Positions 58,236-64,000 of a stretch of DNA of 64,000 bases are shown here, in pieces; within the stretch, counting starts at the first letter, position 1; each line of letters begins with the position of its first letter. The translations under genes were made by a program, and so were the position numbers. Source of the DNA: Chloroflexota bacterium. Its GTDB lineage: Bacteria > Chloroflexota > UBA11872 > VXNJ01. The notes under the pieces were generated by a model, which searched no databases, was not told the origin of the DNA, and was given only the letters and a program-made list of their open reading frames with translations. The stretch covers positions 2,240,001 through 2,304,000 of the forward strand of contig OZ253449.1 of the NCBI GenBank assembly GCA_965261345.1, read 5' to 3'.

Positions 58236-59441
58236 ATGAGCGATCGAATTGAGGTCTTTTCCCGATGCCAGATTGTGGTGTTTTGCTTGCTGGCGGCCCT
58301 CGCGTTGACGCTAACAGCTTGCGACGCGGAGGAAGCATATCAAAAACCGTATCGGATTGGAGTTATGGAATCGCTCACTGGCGCCGGCGAAACCTACGGC
58401 ACGGTGGCGGTGCAGGCCAAGAAATTGGCCGTGGAAGAAATCAACTCCGCCGGCGGCATTAACGGGCGCATGCTCGAACTCGTGGTTGAGGACTCCAAAT
58501 GCAACGCTCAGGATGCGATTAGCGCGTACCGCAAGCTCGCTGATGTGGATGACGTAAAGATCATCCTTGGAACTTCTTGCAGCGGCGCAATGCTCGGAGT
58601 TGCTCCGCTTGCCGAAGCCGACGGGGTGGTCCTGTTCTCGGGTCTGGCAAGCAATCCCGACATCGCCCACGCCGGCGACTATATCTTTCGAACCCAGATA
58701 AGTGACGTAGAGGTTGGGGTAAGCACCGGCAATTTGCTGTGGACGGATGGCATCCGCGCACTGGCTACGATTTCCGCAGAAACCGATTACGCCGACGGTG
58801 TGCGGCGCGGCGCGGTGGCGCAATTTGAGGCGAACGGGGGAACCGTCGTTGCGTCAGAGCGCTTCGTTCCTGATTCCATCGATTTCCGCTCACAACTGAC
58901 CAAACTTTTTGAAGCCAATCCGGACGCGCTATACATTGCGCCGCAGTCCGAGTTTGCAGCCGGAACCATCGTAAACCAGGCACGCGAATTGGGCTACACG
59001 GGACCGATTTACGGCGAAACGATAACGGTCGGGGCGACCGCGCTGGATATAGCCGGTGACGCCGCAGCCGGGGTCAAGGCCATCACCGCCGCACCGGACC
59101 CTGATAACGCGGTGGCCCAAGATTTGCTGGCCAGATTTCGAGAGCGATACGACTACGTAACGCTGCCCTGGCATCTCGGATCCGCCTACGACACAATTCA
59201 CATCGCCGCCGAATGCCTAAGGCGGACCGCGTCCGATCAGGATGCCGACGGATTTCGCGATTGCCTTTACGAGATCACCTGGAGCGGCGCAATCGGTCAC
59301 GGATACAGCTTTGACCACGACGGCGAGGTGGTGGGGCTTTCGCGGGCAGTGGTGGAGGTTTTGCCATCGGATGAGCGGACGGAGGAGAACTTCGGATATC
59401 GGGTTCTTGGCAGCGCCGCGGAGATCGCTCCCTCAAATTGA
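58236..59441 (+). CDS. ABC transporter substrate-binding lipoprotein, branched-chain amino acid (LivK-like) family
   Basis: Lipobox LTAC, EINSAGGINGR.LELVVED, YIFRT, DFRSQLTK, AYD. Confidence 0.9.
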   Translation: MSDRIEVFSRCQIVVFCLLAALALTLTACDAEEAYQKPYRIGVMESLTGAGETYGTVAVQAKKLAVEEINSAGGINGRMLELVVEDSKCNAQDAISAYRKLADVDDVKIILGTSCSGAMLGVAPLAEADGVVLFSGLASNPDIAHAGDYIFRTQISDVEVGVSTGNLLWTDGIRALATISAETDYADGVRRGAVAQFEANGGTVVASERFVPDSIDFRSQLTKLFEANPDALYIAPQSEFAAGTIVNQARELGYTGPIYGETITVGATALDIAGDAAAGVKAITAAPDPDNAVAQDLLARFRERYDYVTLPWHLGSAYDTIHIAAECLRRTASDQDADGFRDCLYEITWSGAIGHGYSFDHDGEVVGLSRAVVEVLPSDERTEENFGYRVLGSAAEIAPSN

Positions 59442-59794
59442 GGGCCCACACCAGGGTGGCAACGTTCGCAGCGCACGTGTCCCCGATTTTCCGGCCGTGT
59501 CCGCCCTACGACGTCGAACCCAATTGCGGGCGCGGCCGCGATGAGAACACTTGCCAGCGGCTCAGCCCCACCCTGCCAAATCGGAGCGTCGGCCTCGCCC
59601 CCAACCGGCGCTGGCACCTGGCGTCCACGCTTACCGATTACGCGGCCTAAAAACCGATCGCCGTCGCCGTCCTTGCTAGAACCTGAATTGGTGCATCCGT
59701 GGCCGCCCGAGTATTTAGCTTCGGGCTAAAACACACGTCAAACCGCCTTTCATCCGGCGGCAATTGTGATCGGTCGTTGGATCGTCAGGATCGG

Positions 59795-59995
59795 CTAGGC
59801 CAGGACGCGACGGATGGATTCGAAGCGGCGTCGAAAGGAAGATTCAGCAACCGGTGTCTTTGAACGATCGAACCTGTGAGTGGCTCCCGCGGAGATTGCA
59901 ACCTCGGCGTGGTTGTCGGCACCAATCCAGCGCGCGTGCACAAATAGGGTGCCATCTAGCAAAGAATCGGCGGTACCGTAGCTAAACAGCGCCAG
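59795..59995 (-). pseudogene. C-terminal fragment of an alpha/beta hydrolase (esterase/lipase)
   Basis: ALFSYGTADSLLDGTLFVHARW..ADNHAE.AI..GATHRF resembles the Asp/His end of HSL-type hydrolases. Confidence 0.6.
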
Positions 59996-60180
59996 CGGCA
60001 ATGACCTTGCGCAATCGAGCAACGCCACTGGAGACGGCTGATTCGGTTGCGAATCGAGCCTCGGTGAGGCGAGCAATGACCTGGGCCGTTGAGGTGTTCC
60101 CGCTGCCCGATGGTCCCCAGAGGATGCAAGAGGGAAGCGAATCGGCCTCAATCGCGCGGACGCGAGCGTGGGGCGGCAAT
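59996..60180 (-). pseudogene. rarA: N-terminal fragment of replication-associated recombination protein A (AAA+)
   Basis: RAIEADSLPSCILWGPSGSGNTSTAQVIA...SAVSSGVA.LRKVI; Walker A is degenerate (GKT to GNT). Confidence 0.7.
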
Positions 60181-60330
60181 ACACTGGGGATCGTGGATTG
60201 GACCGCGGATCGGCGCGCGTCGTCTTACGGATGGGGCCGCAGTCGAGCCCGGGTAAAACGGCCTTCCAAACTCCTCTGGAATCGTCCCGCCGGGTCGGTG
60301 GCGGTCGGTATCGATAAAGGTGTGAACACA

Positions 60331-61068
60331 ATGCGGCTAAGTGGCAAATCGGTGATCGTAACTGGCGCCGGACGAGGGATAGGGCGGGCGATCGCGCTCG
60401 CTTGCGCGCGCGAGGGCGCCAGCGTGTGTTGTGCGGCAAGGACGAAGTCCCAGGTCGAAGCGGCCCTGGCCGACATCGAAGCCGGCGGCGGAAGGGGCCT
60501 GGCGATGGCCACTGACGTGACCAACTGGGATTCGGTCAACGCAATGGTTAACGCGACGGTCGCCGAATTCGGAGGCCTGGACATCGCATTCCTAAATGCC
60601 GGTGTGCTGCTTGACGGCGGGCGCACCCTGGAGGAGAGCGTCATTGAGGACTGGCGCCTGACGATCGAGGTCAACCTGATCGGTGCCTACCTTTGCGCCA
60701 AGGCTGTCATCCCGGCACTTAAAGCGCGCGGCGAGGGGAAGATCATCTTCACCGGCTCCGGCAACGGCCACCACGGGCGCGTACGGGGTTCTTCCTACGG
60801 GGCCTCCAAGGCGGGGTTATGGATGGTCGCGCGCACCCTTTCGCAGGAACTGCTCGAAGACAGCATCGACGTCAACGAGATCGTTCCCGGTCCGGTTTAT
60901 ACGGAGTTAACGCGCGAGTTGCAATTCGACCCGGCCACCCGATTCGCGGCCACCGGCGAATGGGCCAAACAACCCGATGAGCTGGTCGACGTGGCGCTTT
61001 TCCTGGCCACTCAGCCCAACCCCGGACCCACCGGGCAGTCATTTAGCTTGCTTCGGCGCGAACTCTAG
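60331..61068 (+). CDS. Short-chain dehydrogenase/reductase
   Basis: MRLSGKSVIVTGAGRGIG, LNAG, YGASK, VNEIVPGPV.T. Confidence 0.92.
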   Translation: MRLSGKSVIVTGAGRGIGRAIALACAREGASVCCAARTKSQVEAALADIEAGGGRGLAMATDVTNWDSVNAMVNATVAEFGGLDIAFLNAGVLLDGGRTLEESVIEDWRLTIEVNLIGAYLCAKAVIPALKARGEGKIIFTGSGNGHHGRVRGSSYGASKAGLWMVARTLSQELLEDSIDVNEIVPGPVYTELTRELQFDPATRFAATGEWAKQPDELVDVALFLATQPNPGPTGQSFSLLRREL

Positions 61069-61191
61069 GCCATCCTGTTGAGTTAACGAGCGCATCCACT
61101 GCCCGAGTGGTCAATCCGCTTCATCCTGGGCTTCGCCGCGCGCCTTCCGCGCGGCGATTACACATGTCTGTCCTACCGCTCTAACGGTCGG

Positions 61192-61420
61192 TTAATGTGC
61201 TGCCAAGTAGCGAGTGACCGCGATCAAGAAATGTCCGCCCTCGTGGCAGGCCTCCGACTGCCGGAACTGGCGAACCGCGGCCTCGTACACCTGGAGCGAG
61301 TGAATGCCAGCGTCCTCGCGCAGCAAGGCATAGCCCAGCGTTGCGATAACCTCGTCGGCTCGTCCGGCCTCGAGCATGTCGGCCACCAGCTGCCCGGCCC
61401 TTATCGACCCCGTATCCGCA
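61192..61420 (-). pseudogene. C-terminal gene fragment resembling the helical tail of Rieske-domain proteins
   Basis: LGYALLREDAGIHSLQVYEAAVRQF......GHFLIAVTRYLAAH recalled from this family; no upstream part present. Confidence 0.45.
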
Positions 61421-61502
61421 GGTCAACGGACAAAAGTCGGGGCCTACTCGTGCCCGCGATCCGGCTTCGCAGTAGCGGGCGCGACCGGGCGCGCTTTGAT
61501 CA

Positions 61503-63173
61503 CTAACTGACCGTGACTCGTGCACCCTCTTTTGCGCGGGCGAGCTTAGCCATCTCAAGCGCAAACCACATGGCCATGGCCCCGCCGCGGTCATCGAACC
61601 CCGAAACAGCGGGGCGGTCCAGATACTCCCTGACCGACGTCTGGGGACCGGTGCCTGCGCAAACATCCACCAAACGGCCGTCGTCAGCTATTGCCTCCGA
61701 CGCAGCGTTCCAACACCGATTCAGTCCTTCAGCATATGATTCGTCCAGCCAGCCGAGACGCACCCCGCGGGCCAGGGCGACCCCGAGCATGCAGGTCGCG
61801 CTCAATTCTTCGTACGAACCGGGAAAGTCTGTCAACTGCCGCTGTTTTCCCGAAGGCGCGGCGTGTGCAAGCAACGCTGCGAGATGAGTTCGGTGCGCCT
61901 CCACCAGAGCGGAACACACCGGTGAATTTGGCGCCAGGTACGTTAGCGCCTCGGCGTACCCGAGCGCTGCGAATCCGTTTCCCCGTCCCCATGGGAACAT
62001 CGCGCCCTGGCTGTGGTCGAACAACCCGTCCGGCCTTTGCACGCCTGACCGCAGACAACTGCGAAAGTACTTTTCCAGCAGCTGGCTGTAGCGGTTGTTA
62101 CCGGTTAAGCGATAGGCCTGCCCGAGCACGGTAGCAACGTAATACATGTCTTCGACGCGAAAATCAAAATCAGCCGGCGGAGGCGGAAATTGGTCGCCTG
62201 CATTCTTAAACGAGTCGGCTGCGGCGAGGAACAGTTTTCTCGCCTGTTCGTCGCCGCTAATGCGGGCCAAATCGCACGCCCACGTCAGGCCGGCGAGCGC
62301 GGCACCGTCGGGGCCTGAATCGATAAAAGAACCCGGATCGGCGAGCAGCGATTCCGCAATCTGGCGAATGCTCCCCGTAGGGTCGGCCGGCGTGACGCCT
62401 ATATCCCAGGCCACCAGCCGTCCACTAACAGAGACCCCTCGCGTGTAAACGACCGGATCGAGCGTGTAGCCGTAAGTCCCGATCAATATCTTCACCACGT
62501 CTGCGGGGCTGCGTTTCCTCCGGGCGACGAGGCAGCGCCGGGCGCCGGAAGGTTCGATCCCTTCTTTCAAGACCGAAAACAGTCGTTCGATATCGACCCC
62601 ACGCCCTCCTTCGGGAGCAGTAATCCTTATTCCGGGTATGGTTCCGGGGGCGTCGCCTGCGCCATTGCTCAAGGCCCCCAGCAGTGAGTCATCCTCGACT
62701 CCGAAGCCGGCCGCACCGAACCGCTCAGCCGTCTCGCGGTCTGTCGCCCGCCACTCGGTCGTTTCGCCGCTGCGGAGCTCCACGATCAAATCGGGCGCCA
62801 GGCATCCGGCCCATCGCCACAGATAGCGGGTGAGGGGGTCCGAACCATGGTCGAAAAACCCGTCACCAGGCGGGTAGGGTGCGGATCTGGGAGCGCCGGT
62901 TCGCAACACGCACGGCGTCGGTATGAGCGAGACGGCCGGAACGGAATCGGAATCGTTCCGCATCTGCCGGGCAACATCTGCCAGAGCGCCGGTGAACGCC
63001 TTCGCCGGAGTCTGGCCGGTAAGGTCGCCGAGGACCAAAATGCTGGTACGCTGAGTCTCGCGATCGTAGGCGGCCCGGTGAACAAGGACCTCGATAACCC
63101 GTCCGTCCCGATCCACGCCGCACGCGTCGCGAATCCAGGCATCCGGCACCATCGAAAAAATATTTTCAAGCAT
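61503..63173 (-). CDS. Glycoside hydrolase family 88/105 protein with an extra N-terminal domain
   Basis: C-terminal EDMYY, DGLFDH, WGRGNGFAALG, ELSATCM, VCAGTG, DDRGGAM; ~220-aa unassigned N-terminal region. Confidence 0.82.
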   Translation of the reverse strand: MLENIFSMVPDAWIRDACGVDRDGRVIEVLVHRAAYDRETQRTSILVLGDLTGQTPAKAFTGALADVARQMRNDSDSVPAVSLIPTPCVLRTGAPRSAPYPPGDGFFDHGSDPLTRYLWRWAGCLAPDLIVELRSGETTEWRATDRETAERFGAAGFGVEDDSLLGALSNGAGDAPGTIPGIRITAPEGGRGVDIERLFSVLKEGIEPSGARRCLVARRKRSPADVVKILIGTYGYTLDPVVYTRGVSVSGRLVAWDIGVTPADPTGSIRQIAESLLADPGSFIDSGPDGAALAGLTWACDLARISGDEQARKLFLAAADSFKNAGDQFPPPPADFDFRVEDMYYVATVLGQAYRLTGNNRYSQLLEKYFRSCLRSGVQRPDGLFDHSQGAMFPWGRGNGFAALGYAEALTYLAPNSPVCSALVEAHRTHLAALLAHAAPSGKQRQLTDFPGSYEELSATCMLGVALARGVRLGWLDESYAEGLNRCWNAASEAIADDGRLVDVCAGTGPQTSVREYLDRPAVSGFDDRGGAMAMWFALEMAKLARAKEGARVTVS

Positions 63174-64000
63174 CGTTTAACTTTCGGTCAAACTCGCAGA
63201 ATCGCCGACCGGGATGAGCGCGCAGACGAACAGGCTTTCGCCTGGTCATAGTGTTCGCGTCGACAACAGCGTTTCGGCGGCCTCGCCCGCCCACTTCGAG
63301 GCGGGTTCGGCTTGAACGATATGTACAGGCTGCAGGTAGCGTCCTTATCACCGGCGCGATCGTTGGCGATGGTGTCCATGATGCCTTACGACCGCGAAGC
63401 CGTGGTCCCACGAAACTATTGTGAGTTCCGATGCGTCCCGGTAGTAGGCGAGATCATCATGGTTGGGTCCGTTCTCGTATACGGAACCCCAGCCCCATCT
63501 TGGACCGGTTCCGCTGAGACTGAGACGGGGTGGAAGTTCTCTTTGACCGATCACGTCGTTGGCAGACTGTTAGCGGTTATCGTGGGACTGTCGAATTAGT
63601 TCGCCCCGTCTCGTTTGGCAACGCCGTATCGACCGTGAGGTTGTGGCATATCGACGCGTCCCCAGCTTCGTAGTCGGCGGTGGCCTAATTTCTGCTCAAT
63701 TGGACCTGGCCAATCTTCAACATGCTGGAGCCGAGGACATTGCTGAGTCCGGTTCAAACGATCGGTGATCAGGTCGCACAGTCGCTCCAATTCCTCATGT
63801 GAATGAATCACAACAACTCCAGGATCCGGGCTGTCGAACTGCTCGAAATGGGCGGCATTCCCGACCTACAATCGCGGGAGTTTGATTGCCCGCGGCAGTT
63901 GAGCGGTGGGCAGCGCTAGAGGGTGATGATTGCCATGGCGCGTTAGCCTGGGTGCCCGGTCCGCCCCAGGTATCGCTGAAGTATCCGCGCTGCTTTCACT

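Noticed and set aside
63180-64000. Fragmentary minus-strand ORFs upstream of the GH88/105 gene
   Set aside because: Probably a decayed gene, but no family could be identified from the sequence.

Overview
GC-rich bacterial chromosomal window. A Chloroflexota-like origin is inferred from protein families, not proven. The left part (1-25.6 kb) is compact core genome: a DUF2334-type deacetylase/GT2/YkoP-like triple fusion running off the left edge and missing from the ORF track, tRNA-Lys(CTT), DUF5069, APH-like kinase, HNH, tatA, a PyrE-like PRTase, pdp-valS-hydantoinase B-GNAT, thpR-hemW, amidohydrolase-rdgB-rsmA-pth-mfd, topA and a DinG/YoaA helicase. The right part (25.6-64 kb) is an accessory catabolic region with many paralog pairs (PhyH, M14, mandelate-racemase-type enolases, MDR, SDR), GH3, a sulfatase, a GH88/105 fusion, a Grx-TrxR fusion and ctaA/ctaB. 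It also holds roughly ten pseudogenes or gene fragments, a decayed IS481, and an IS256 (25-bp IRs, 8-bp TSD) that splits an ankyrin gene. No CRISPR array, rRNA, prophage or recognisable defence island was seen. The best leads are: the triple fusion; probable non-canonical (CTG) starts for pdp, valS and an amidohydrolase; a uORF abutting topA; a rod-like RNA candidate after topA; a Grx-TrxR lacking the resolving Cys; and a non-coding passenger segment with a perfect hairpin inside the IS256. Family assignments come from motif recognition by eye; no searches were run.
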